Shown here: positions 1 through 7,658 of the stretch, in pieces | Layout of the letters: every line of letters starts with the position of its first letter | Position numbering within the stretch: the stretch's first letter is position 1 | NCBI GenBank assembly: GCA_963796055.1 | Contig: CAWCKH010000004.1 | Coordinates: 3,584,001-3,648,000, forward strand | DNA length: 64,000 bases | Direction: 5' to 3' | DNA from: an uncultured delta proteobacterium | GTDB taxonomy: Bacteria; Myxococcota; Myxococcia; Myxococcales; Myxococcaceae | Notes under the pieces: generated by a model | Seen by the model: the letters and a program-made list of their open reading frames with translations, nothing else | Told to the model about the DNA's origin: nothing | The model's database searches: none | Made by a program: the position numbers and the translations under genes

Positions 1-1
1 G

Positions 2-808
2 CTGGACTACGGGACGCAGCTCGTCGCCGGCGTGACTCCCGGCAAGGGCGGGACCGAGTTCCAGGACGAGGTGCCCATCTTCAACACCGTGGCCGACGCG
101 GTGAAGCACACCGGCGCCAACGCCAGCGTCATCTTCGTCCCGCCCCCCTTCGCCGGGGACGCCATCCTCGAGTCGGCCGATGCCGGCGTTCCGCTGATCA
201 TCGTCATCACCGAGGGGATCCCGGTGCTGGACATGGTGAAGGTGAAGCGGGCGCTCCAGGGGCGGCCGGTGCGGCTGGTGGGCCCCAACTGCCCGGGCGT
301 CATCACCCCAGGGGCGAAGTGCAAGATCGGCATCATGCCCGGCCACATTCACCGGCCCGGGCGGATCGGCGTCGTCTCCCGCTCGGGGACCCTGACCTAC
401 GAGGCGGTGTTCCAGCTCACCCAGCTCGGGCTCGGGCAGTCGACGGCGGTGGGGATCGGCGGCGACCCGGTGAACGGGACCGACTTCGTCGATTGCCTGA
501 AGCTGTTCCATGCCGACCCCGAGACCGACGCGGTCATCATGATCGGCGAGATCGGCGGGAGCGCCGAGGAGACCGCGGCGCAGTACATCGCCAAGGAGTT
601 CAAGAAGCCCATCGCCGGGTTCATCGCCGGCGTCTCGGCCCCCCCCGGCAAGCGGATGGGGCACGCCGGGGCGATCATCGCCGGGGGCAAGGGAACCGCG
701 GCGGAGAAGATCCGGGCGATGGAGGCGGCCGGCGTGCTGATGGCGCCGTCGCCGGCAGAGCTCGGCACCACCCTGCAGGCCGCGCTGCAGCGCGGTCGCA
801 CTCGCTGA
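2..808 (+). CDS. sucD: Succinyl-CoA synthetase alpha subunit (5' truncated by window edge)
   Basis: [29 protein letters not shown] and RMGHAGA (phospho-His) motifs; frame is open from position 2. Confidence 0.97.
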   Translation: MDYGTQLVAGVTPGKGGTEFQDEVPIFNTVADAVKHTGANASVIFVPPPFAGDAILESADAGVPLIIVITEGIPVLDMVKVKRALQGRPVRLVGPNCPGVITPGAKCKIGIMPGHIHRPGRIGVVSRSGTLTYEAVFQLTQLGLGQSTAVGIGGDPVNGTDFVDCLKLFHADPETDAVIMIGEIGGSAEETAAQYIAKEFKKPIAGFIAGVSAPPGKRMGHAGAIIAGGKGTAAEKIRAMEAAGVLMAPSPAELGTTLQAALQRGRTR

Positions 809-830
809 GGAAGAAGGAAACGGAACGGAC

Positions 831-1268
831 ATGGCCACTGAGCGCACCCTCTCCATCATCAAGCCCGATGGACTGGAGAAAGGAATCATCGGGAAGATCA
901 TCAGCCGCTTCGAGGAGGCTGGCCTCAAGCCGGTGGCGGTGCGGATGCAGCACCTCTCGCAGCGCGACGCCGAGGGGTTCTACGCCGTCCACAAGGCCCG
1001 ACCCTTCTTCAAGGACCTGGTCACCTTCATGACCTCGGGGCCGGTGGTGCTGATGGTGCTCGAGGGCGAGAACGCCGTCGCGCGCAATCGTGAAATCATG
1101 GGTGCGACCAACCCGGCCAACGCCGCCCCCGGGACCATCCGCAAGGACTTCGCCACCGACGTGGAGAAGAACACCGTGCACGGCTCCGACAGCCCCGAGA
1201 ACGCCAAGGTCGAGATCGCCTACTTCTTCCGGGAGACGGAAATCACCCCGTACGCCTCGAAGCGCTGA
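831..1268 (+). CDS. ndk: Nucleoside diphosphate kinase
   Basis: [21 protein letters not shown] and NTVHGSDS catalytic motif. Confidence 0.98.
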   Translation: MATERTLSIIKPDGLEKGIIGKIISRFEEAGLKPVAVRMQHLSQRDAEGFYAVHKARPFFKDLVTFMTSGPVVLMVLEGENAVARNREIMGATNPANAAPGTIRKDFATDVEKNTVHGSDSPENAKVEIAYFFRETEITPYASKR

Positions 1269-1291
1269 TCAGCCGAAGGCGGGGCCACCTC

Positions 1292-1990
1292 TCACCCTGC
1301 CTCCACGCTCAGCCCCAGCGCGTCACGGAGCCCCCGCGCGCCCTCGACGCTGACCCGCAGCGCCCGGGTTCCGGTCCTGCGGCGGACCCAGCCGAGCTCC
1401 AGGAGGCCCTCGGCCAGGCCAATCCCGAGCGGGCCGGCCAGGTGGTCGCGGCGCTCGGTCCAGTCCAGGCATGGCGTTCCCTCGAGGGGATCCGGGGCAG
1501 GCTCCAGAAGTCCGAGCGACGCGCCGGTCCGGCGTCCGGCCGCGGTGAGGAGGAACCGGGCACCCTCGCGGCGCACCAGCCGTCCGCGGAGGAGGGCGTC
1601 CAGGAGCCCCACCCCGAGCGCACCCGCGAGGTGCCGATAGCAGGTCCGGGCGCGCCGGAACGCCGCCTCCTCCGGGTCGACGCTCGCGGGCCGCACCGGC
1701 CGGGTGGTGAGGAGCGACAGGCTCTCGAAGGCCCGGGCGACGGCGTCGCTCGCCAGCCGGTGGTAGCGGTGACGGCCGTGCTGCTCGACGCGGAGCAGGC
1801 CGCCGCGGGTCAGGAGCGCCAGGTGCTCGCTCCCGGTGGAGGGCGAGACCCCGGCGATGCGGGCCAGCTCCGTGGCTGGCCGTGCCTGCCCGTCCATCAG
1901 GGCGGAGACGATCGAGACCCGCGCCGGCTCCGAGAGCAGGGCGGCCGCGGCGGCAATGTCCAGGCGGCTGGCCGGGCGGAGGTCGTCCAT
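1292..1990 (-). CDS. ArsR/SmtB-family transcriptional regulator with C-terminal extension
   Basis: ATELARIAGVSPSTGSEHL helix-turn-helix, QHGRHRYHRL, ARTCYRHLAG and CLDWTERRDHLAG motifs of this subfamily. Confidence 0.88.
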   Translation of the reverse strand: MDDLRPASRLDIAAAAALLSEPARVSIVSALMDGQARPATELARIAGVSPSTGSEHLALLTRGGLLRVEQHGRHRYHRLASDAVARAFESLSLLTTRPVRPASVDPEEAAFRRARTCYRHLAGALGVGLLDALLRGRLVRREGARFLLTAAGRRTGASLGLLEPAPDPLEGTPCLDWTERRDHLAGPLGIGLAEGLLELGWVRRRTGTRALRVSVEGARGLRDALGLSVEAG

Positions 1991-2047
1991 GCCCCGGAGA
2001 CTAGCCCCGGGGCCACGGTGATGCTTCGGCCGCGACCGAAACGTGCT

Positions 2048-3184
2048 TCAGCTCTTCGGGAGATCGACCAGCCGGCCGCGCTCGCCGATCCAGCGCTTGC
2101 GGTCGAAGGACGACTTGTTCTTGTTGCAGACCAGCTGGAAGGCGGTGGAGCCGCCGCGCTCGGAGACCAGCACCGACCAGGCGAGGAAGATCTCCCAGAG
2201 CCGGAACCAGCGCTCGCCGTAGCTCTTCACCACCGCGTCCCGGTTCCTGAGCCAGTTGCGGTACCAGCGCTCGAGGGTGAGCGAGTAGTGGATGCCGATG
2301 TTCTCCACGCTGTGAATCTCGAAACCCGCCCGCTCGAGGTTGTTGCAGACGAAGCTCAGCGGCATCGAGGCATCCGCGCCGGGGAAGACGTACTTCGACA
2401 TGAACATCCCCCAGGTGAAGTCCTCGGCGGTCCAGTTGCGGCGGAGGCCGGCGATCTGGAGGAAGAGAATGCCGTCCTCCTCGAGCATGCTGTTCAGCTG
2501 GCGCATGAACTTCTGGAACTTCCGGATTCCCACGTGCTCGGCCATCTCCAGCACGGTGATCTTGTTCCACTTCTCGTGGGGGATGTCCCGGTAGTCCATG
2601 GTCAGGATCCGGGCGCGCTGCTGCAGGCCCTTCTGGGAGATGCGCTCGGTCCCGAATTCGGCCTGACGCGCGGCGAGGGTGACGCCGGTCGCGTCCGCCC
2701 CGTGCTTCTCGGCCATGTGGGCGACCAGGGTTCCCCAGCCGCAGCCGATGTCCAGGAGGCGCTCGCCGGGCTTGAGCTGGATCTTCTGCGCCACCACCTC
2801 CAGCTTCCGGCGCTGAGCGTCCTCCAGCGTGTCGGCGGGGTTCTCGAAGAAAGCCGAGGTGTAGATCATGATGTCGCCGAGGAACGCATTGAAGAAGTCG
2901 TTCCCGCGATCGTAGTGGCCGGTGACCGTCTTCCGATCCGCGGCCTGGGTGTGAATCAGCACCGAGGGGATGAACCCGCCGACCAGGAACTTCATCTGCT
3001 CCCAGGTCATCCGGTAGTTGAGGACGTCCTCCTTGCGCCGGAAGAAGGCATGCAAGTCCCCGCTGACCTGGATCTCGCCCTTGACGTACTTCTCCACGAA
3101 AGCGGCCATCGGGAGCTTCTTCCCGTTGGGGGGGGCGAGATCGATGTTCGGTGCGGCCGCGGTGGGCTGCAGGGCAGTCGTCAT
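2048..3184 (-). CDS. SAM-dependent lipid methyltransferase, cyclopropane-fatty-acyl-phospholipid synthase family (sphingolipid C9-methyltransferase-like)
   Basis: HYDRGNDF, MIYTSA, LLDIGCGWG, EMAEHVG, KYVFPG, HYSLTL motifs; GGAG RBS before ATG at 3184. Confidence 0.9.
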   Translation of the reverse strand: MTTALQPTAAAPNIDLAPPNGKKLPMAAFVEKYVKGEIQVSGDLHAFFRRKEDVLNYRMTWEQMKFLVGGFIPSVLIHTQAADRKTVTGHYDRGNDFFNAFLGDIMIYTSAFFENPADTLEDAQRRKLEVVAQKIQLKPGERLLDIGCGWGTLVAHMAEKHGADATGVTLAARQAEFGTERISQKGLQQRARILTMDYRDIPHEKWNKITVLEMAEHVGIRKFQKFMRQLNSMLEEDGILFLQIAGLRRNWTAEDFTWGMFMSKYVFPGADASMPLSFVCNNLERAGFEIHSVENIGIHYSLTLERWYRNWLRNRDAVVKSYGERWFRLWEIFLAWSVLVSERGGSTAFQLVCNKNKSSFDRKRWIGERGRLVDLPKS

Positions 3185-3315
3185 GGAGGCTCCAGAGATT
3201 GGAAAGTGGGAGTGAAACGCGGCCGGACACAGAGCAGACCGCCGAGAGTGGCGCACACTACCAGCGTTCGCCGTTCGACGTTGCTAAACCTGGGGCCGCC
3301 TGCCGAATGCCGGGC

Positions 3316-3930
3316 TCAGAAGGCGAGCAGGATGAGGGGGGCGATTCCCCAGGCCTTGTAGGGAGTATCGACGATCGTGTCGTAGGTGACGCTCAGGCCG
3401 AGGGCGAACGACGGGCTGAAGAACAGCATGAAGCCTGCCCCCCCGCGCACTGCGAGCCCACCGGCGGAGTAGTTGAGCGGCCCTCCGACATGCCCGTAGC
3501 CCAGGGCGGCCTCCACGTACGGGCCGAAGTTGCCGAGCGGGAGGGTAACGCGCAGCCCGCCGAGGCCGGAGTAGACGTTCCAGTCGGAGCTCCAGCTGCC
3601 CTGGCCGATCACCCCGGGAGTCAGGATGATCGGGCCCAGGTCGAAGCCGTAGCCGCCGATGATCCCGAGCGTGAAGCCCGCGCTGCCGGTCGAGGGGATG
3701 AAGATGCCCGGGGCGATGATGAGCCGCGGCCCCACCGCGTAGCGGCGCACGAGGCTCGGTTCGGGGGCGGGTGCGGGCTGGGGCGCCTGGGCCGCGTAGT
3801 CCGGCGTGGCGACGCCTGGAGGCGGCTGGGTCGCCGAGTCCGGCGGGGGAGCCGGCCCGGTCTGCGCCATGACCACCGTCGAGAGGAGCAGCAGGCATCC
3901 CGAAGGGCCCGTCCGGACGTGGATTCGCAT
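3316..3930 (-). CDS. Secreted outer-membrane beta-barrel-like protein with Pro-rich N-terminus
   Basis: Signal-peptide-like N-terminus, Pro-rich linker, alternating Gly/aromatic beta strands (PYVEAALGYG), C-terminal Phe. Confidence 0.7.
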   Translation of the reverse strand: MRIHVRTGPSGCLLLLSTVVMAQTGPAPPPDSATQPPPGVATPDYAAQAPQPAPAPEPSLVRRYAVGPRLIIAPGIFIPSTGSAGFTLGIIGGYGFDLGPIILTPGVIGQGSWSSDWNVYSGLGGLRVTLPLGNFGPYVEAALGYGHVGGPLNYSAGGLAVRGGAGFMLFFSPSFALGLSVTYDTIVDTPYKAWGIAPLILLAF

Positions 3931-4014
3931 GGCGCGGCAGCCTGCCCGTCCGGCCCCCCCCACGGCAATCTGAACGTTGTACCAGCCGGCCCGAACGGCG
4001 AGAGTCCCCAGGCG

Positions 4015-4791
4015 ATGGACCCCGTGGCCCTGTTCATCCCCTGCTACGTGGACCAGCTCTACCCGGAGGTGGGGCTGGCCACCGCGCGGGTGCTGCAGCG
4101 GCTGGGGGTGAAGGTCGAGTTCCCCGAGGCCCAGACGTGCTGCGGACAGCCCATGGCGAACGCCGGAGTCACCTCCGCCGCGGCGCCGCTGGCGCGTCAT
4201 CACCTCGAGGTGTTCGAGAGGTACGCCCAGGTGGTCTGCCCCTCCGGGAGCTGCACGGCGATGGTGCGTCACCACTACACCGACGTGCTCCCGGGGGACC
4301 CCCGGGTCGAGGCGGTGGGCGGCCGGACCTACGAGCTCTGCGAGTTCATCACCGACGTGCTGGGGATCCGCCGGATCGAGGGGAGCTACCCCCGCCGGGT
4401 GGGGCTGCACCAGAGCTGCCACGGCCTCCGGGAGCTCCGCCTCGGGACCGGAACCGAGCGGATGGTGGAGCCGTGGAACAAGGTTCGTTCGCTGGTGGGT
4501 TCGCTGGCCGGCGTCCGGCTGGTGGACCTCACCCGCCCGGACGAGTGCTGTGGATTCGGCGGCATGTTCTCCATCGACGAATCGGAGGTGTCCGGGGCGA
4601 TGGGCCGGGACCGGCTCGCCGACCACGCCAAGGCCGGAGCCGAGGTGGTGACCGCCGTCGACGTCTCCTGCCTCATGCACCTGGAGGGCATCGCCCGGCG
4701 CGGACGCTCACCGCTGCAATTCCTCCACGTGGCCCAGGTGCTCGACGAGGCCATGTCCGGCGGGGCAACTCAGCGGGCGCGGAGCTTGTGA
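4015..4791 (+). CDS. lutA: Lactate utilisation protein A (CCG-domain Fe-S protein, LutA/YkgE)
   Basis: LFIPCYVD, QTCCGQP, PSGSC, HQSCH and ECCGFGG motifs; precedes lutB/lutC homologues. Confidence 0.92.
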   Translation: MDPVALFIPCYVDQLYPEVGLATARVLQRLGVKVEFPEAQTCCGQPMANAGVTSAAAPLARHHLEVFERYAQVVCPSGSCTAMVRHHYTDVLPGDPRVEAVGGRTYELCEFITDVLGIRRIEGSYPRRVGLHQSCHGLRELRLGTGTERMVEPWNKVRSLVGSLAGVRLVDLTRPDECCGFGGMFSIDESEVSGAMGRDRLADHAKAGAEVVTAVDVSCLMHLEGIARRGRSPLQFLHVAQVLDEAMSGGATQRARSL

Positions 4792-5000
4792 GGCCATGGA
4801 AGGGGCTTCGGGCACTGGCAGGTCGCACGGGGGCAGCGCCAGGGAAGCGGTCCGAGGGTCTGGCCGGCACAGACCCGTCCGCATTGCTCGATCTCGCTCG
4901 GACAGGGGTGCACCAGCGGCTCGGCCATCAGGGTGGCCGCCACCAGCACGGCGAGGATCAACAGGCTCGCCACCAGGGCGATGCGCGCATTCCGGCTCAT
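4770..5000 (-). CDS. Small secreted cysteine-rich, defensin-like peptide (76 aa)
   Basis: MSRNAR + hydrophobic signal/TM stretch + C-x6-C-x3-C-x11-C-x4-C-x1-C; GC-rich third codon positions; fills the lutA-lutB gap on the opposite strand. Confidence 0.7.
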   Translation of the reverse strand: MSRNARIALVASLLILAVLVAATLMAEPLVHPCPSEIEQCGRVCAGQTLGPLPWRCPRATCQCPKPLPWPHKLRAR

Positions 5001-5028
5001 GGCGAGTGCGTCTGGAGGATAGTCAGCG

Positions 5029-6393
5029 ATGAACGCCCACGCCCGCGCCGCATCGACGCTGGTCCGGAACGAGGAACGGCTCCACTGGCACGACGCGGCG
5101 GTGTGGAACATGCGCACCAAGCGCGATCGCGCCGCCCACGCCGTGCCCGACTGGGAGGCCCTGCGGGACGCCGGCTCGCGCATCAAGCTCCACACCCTGT
5201 CGCGGCTGCCGGACTACCTGGAGGAGTTCGAGCGCAAGGCGCTGGCCCTGGGCGCCCAGGTGCACTGGGCCGCCGATGCGGCGGAGCACAACGCCATCGT
5301 CCTCGGGCTGCTCCAGAAGCGCGGGGTCACCCGGCTGGTGAAGAGCAAGTCGATGCTCACCGAGGAGTGCCACCTCAACGAGGTGCTCGAGCACGCGGGG
5401 ATCGAGGTGATCGACACCGACCTCGGCGAGCGCATCGTGCAGCTCGCCCATGAGCCCCCCAGTCACATCGTGCTGCCCGCGGTCCACAAGAAGCGCGAGG
5501 AGATCGGCGAGCTCTTCCACCGCACCATCGGGACCCCGGCCGGAGTCTCCGACCCCACGCAGCTCACCGAGGCAGCGCGGCAGCATCTGCGCGAGAAGTT
5601 CCTCGCCGCCCAGGCCGGCCTCACAGGGGTGAACTTCGCCATCGCCGAGACCGGGGGGTTCGTCGTCTGCACCAACGAGGGGAACGCCGACCTCGGCGTC
5701 TCGCTGCCGCCCATCCACATCGCCTGCATGGGGGTGGAGAAGCTGGTGCCTCGGGCAACGGACCTCGCGGTCTTTCTCCGGCTCCTCGCCCGGAGCGGGA
5801 CGGGCCAACCCATCACCACCTACACCTCGCACTTTCACGGCCCCCGGCCGGGCGGCGAGCTGCACATCGTCCTGGTGGACAACGGCCGGAGCGTGCTCCT
5901 GGCCAGCGAGACGCACCGCCGCGCCCTGTGCTGCATCCGCTGTGGCGCATGCATGAACACCTGCCCGGTCTACCGGCGGAGCGGGGGGCACAGCTACGGG
6001 ACCACCGTGCCCGGGCCCATCGGATCGGTGCTCTCGCCCGCGGCGGACGCGGTACGGAACATGGCGCTGCCGTTCGCCTCCAGCCTGTGCGGATCGTGCA
6101 GCGACGTCTGCCCGGTGCGGATCGACCTCCACAACCAGCTGCTCGCCTGGCGGCGCGAGCTGAACGCGCGTGGCCTCACCCCGCGGACGAAGCGCTGGGG
6201 CGTCGGGATGGCCAGCTGGGTCTTCCAGCGGCCCTGGCTCTACCGGCTGACCGGGCGGATGGTCCGGTTCTTCGGGAGGCTCCTGCCCGGGGGGCTGCTC
6301 CGGGTCCTCTCCGGAGGCTGGGGCCGGGAGCGCGAGGTCCCCAGCCTCCCGGCACGGAGCTTCCGCGAGCAGTGGAGGCGCCGTGCGACCTAG
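5029..6393 (+). CDS. lutB: Lactate utilisation protein B (LUD domain + 4Fe-4S)
   Basis: VKSKSMLTEE, TDLGE, PSHIVLPA, TNEGN, CIRCGACMNTCP and SSLCGSCSDVCP motifs; GGAGG RBS. Confidence 0.95.
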   Translation: MNAHARAASTLVRNEERLHWHDAAVWNMRTKRDRAAHAVPDWEALRDAGSRIKLHTLSRLPDYLEEFERKALALGAQVHWAADAAEHNAIVLGLLQKRGVTRLVKSKSMLTEECHLNEVLEHAGIEVIDTDLGERIVQLAHEPPSHIVLPAVHKKREEIGELFHRTIGTPAGVSDPTQLTEAARQHLREKFLAAQAGLTGVNFAIAETGGFVVCTNEGNADLGVSLPPIHIACMGVEKLVPRATDLAVFLRLLARSGTGQPITTYTSHFHGPRPGGELHIVLVDNGRSVLLASETHRRALCCIRCGACMNTCPVYRRSGGHSYGTTVPGPIGSVLSPAADAVRNMALPFASSLCGSCSDVCPVRIDLHNQLLAWRRELNARGLTPRTKRWGVGMASWVFQRPWLYRLTGRMVRFFGRLLPGGLLRVLSGGWGREREVPSLPARSFREQWRRRAT

Positions 6394-6979
6394 CCGGGAG
6401 AAGGTGCTGGAGGCACTCCGTCAGGCCCGCCCCTCGCCGGTGCCGTTGCCCGACGTTCCCGCCTCCCCGGTGCGGTTCGAGGACCTGCCGGCGCGCTTCG
6501 CCCAGGCCGTGACCGAGGTCGCCGGGTCGTGCATCCGGGTCCCCGGGCTGGCCGAGGCCGCCGCGGCGGTCCGCGCGCTCCCGGTGGCGCAGTCGGCCCG
6601 GCAGATCGTCTCCCTGCTGCCGGAGGTGCTCCCCGGCACCGTGGCCATCGACGCAGTGGACGATCCGCACGCGCTGGCTGGAGTGGACCTGGCGGTGGTC
6701 CCCGGCGAGTTCGGGGTGGCCGAGAACGGGGCGGTGTGGCTGACCGATGCGGTGCTGAAGCAGCGGCGGGCGGTGCTCTTCGTCACCCAGCACCTGGTGC
6801 TGGTGGTCCCGGCGCGCGAGCTGGTGCACACCCTGCACGAGGCCTACGGGCGCATCCTCCTCGGCGCGCCCGGCTTCGGCCTCTTCATCGCCGGTCCTTC
6901 GAAGACCGCCGACATCGAGCAGGCCCTGGTCATCGGCGCGCACGGGGCCCGGTCGGCGACCATCGTGCTGGTCGGATGA
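6383..6979 (+). CDS. lutC: Lactate utilisation protein C (LUD domain)
   Basis: GVAENGAVW and FIAGPSKTADIEQALVIGAHG motifs; overlaps lutB end. Confidence 0.93.
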   Translation: MRPSREKVLEALRQARPSPVPLPDVPASPVRFEDLPARFAQAVTEVAGSCIRVPGLAEAAAAVRALPVAQSARQIVSLLPEVLPGTVAIDAVDDPHALAGVDLAVVPGEFGVAENGAVWLTDAVLKQRRAVLFVTQHLVLVVPARELVHTLHEAYGRILLGAPGFGLFIAGPSKTADIEQALVIGAHGARSATIVLVG

Positions 6980-7554
6980 AGACCGGACGGCTCGAGGCCT
7001 TCAGCGACGGCGTGCTGGCCATCGTCATCACGATCATGGTGCTGGAGCTCAAGGTGCCGCATGGCAGCGACCTGGGTGCGCTCCGGCCGATGGTGCCGGT
7101 GTTCCTCAGCTACGGCCTGAGCTTCGTGTACGTCGGCATCTACTGGAACAACCACCACCATCTGCTCCAGGCCACGAAGGAGATCGGGGGCGGGGTGCTG
7201 TGGGCGAACCTCGTGCTGCTCTTCTGCCTCTCGCTCATCCCGGTGGTGACGGCCTGGGTGGGCGACAATCCCCACGGGCGCTGGCCGGCGGCCCTCTACG
7301 GGGTGGTGCTGCTGCTCTCCGGGCTCGCCTACGTGTTGCTGGAGCGGGCGATCATCGTCCACGAGGGGCCGCAGTCCGAGGTGGCACGGGCGGTGAGCGG
7401 CACGCTCAAGGACAAGCTCTCCCCGGTGGCCTACCTGGTCGGCATCGCGCTGGCGTTCGTCCATCCGTGGCTGGGCGAGCTGGTGTACGCGGGCGTGGCC
7501 CTCGCCTGGATCGTCCCCGACCGGCGCATCGAGTCGAGGCTTCACCGCCGCTGA
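6976..7554 (+). CDS. TMEM175-family (DUF1211) potassium channel
   Basis: RLEAFSDGVLAIVITIMVL signature, YWNNHHH, multiple TM helices; ATGA overlap with lutC stop. Confidence 0.92.
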   Translation: MKTGRLEAFSDGVLAIVITIMVLELKVPHGSDLGALRPMVPVFLSYGLSFVYVGIYWNNHHHLLQATKEIGGGVLWANLVLLFCLSLIPVVTAWVGDNPHGRWPAALYGVVLLLSGLAYVLLERAIIVHEGPQSEVARAVSGTLKDKLSPVAYLVGIALAFVHPWLGELVYAGVALAWIVPDRRIESRLHRR

Positions 7555-7658
7555 TCCGCTGGCCCGGCGGCTGCACCGTTCGGTACCCCGGGGCACCGCC
7601 CCAGAGCAGAATACGCCCGGGGCACGCACCGCCGAGCTCCGGGGGAGGACGCCACGCC

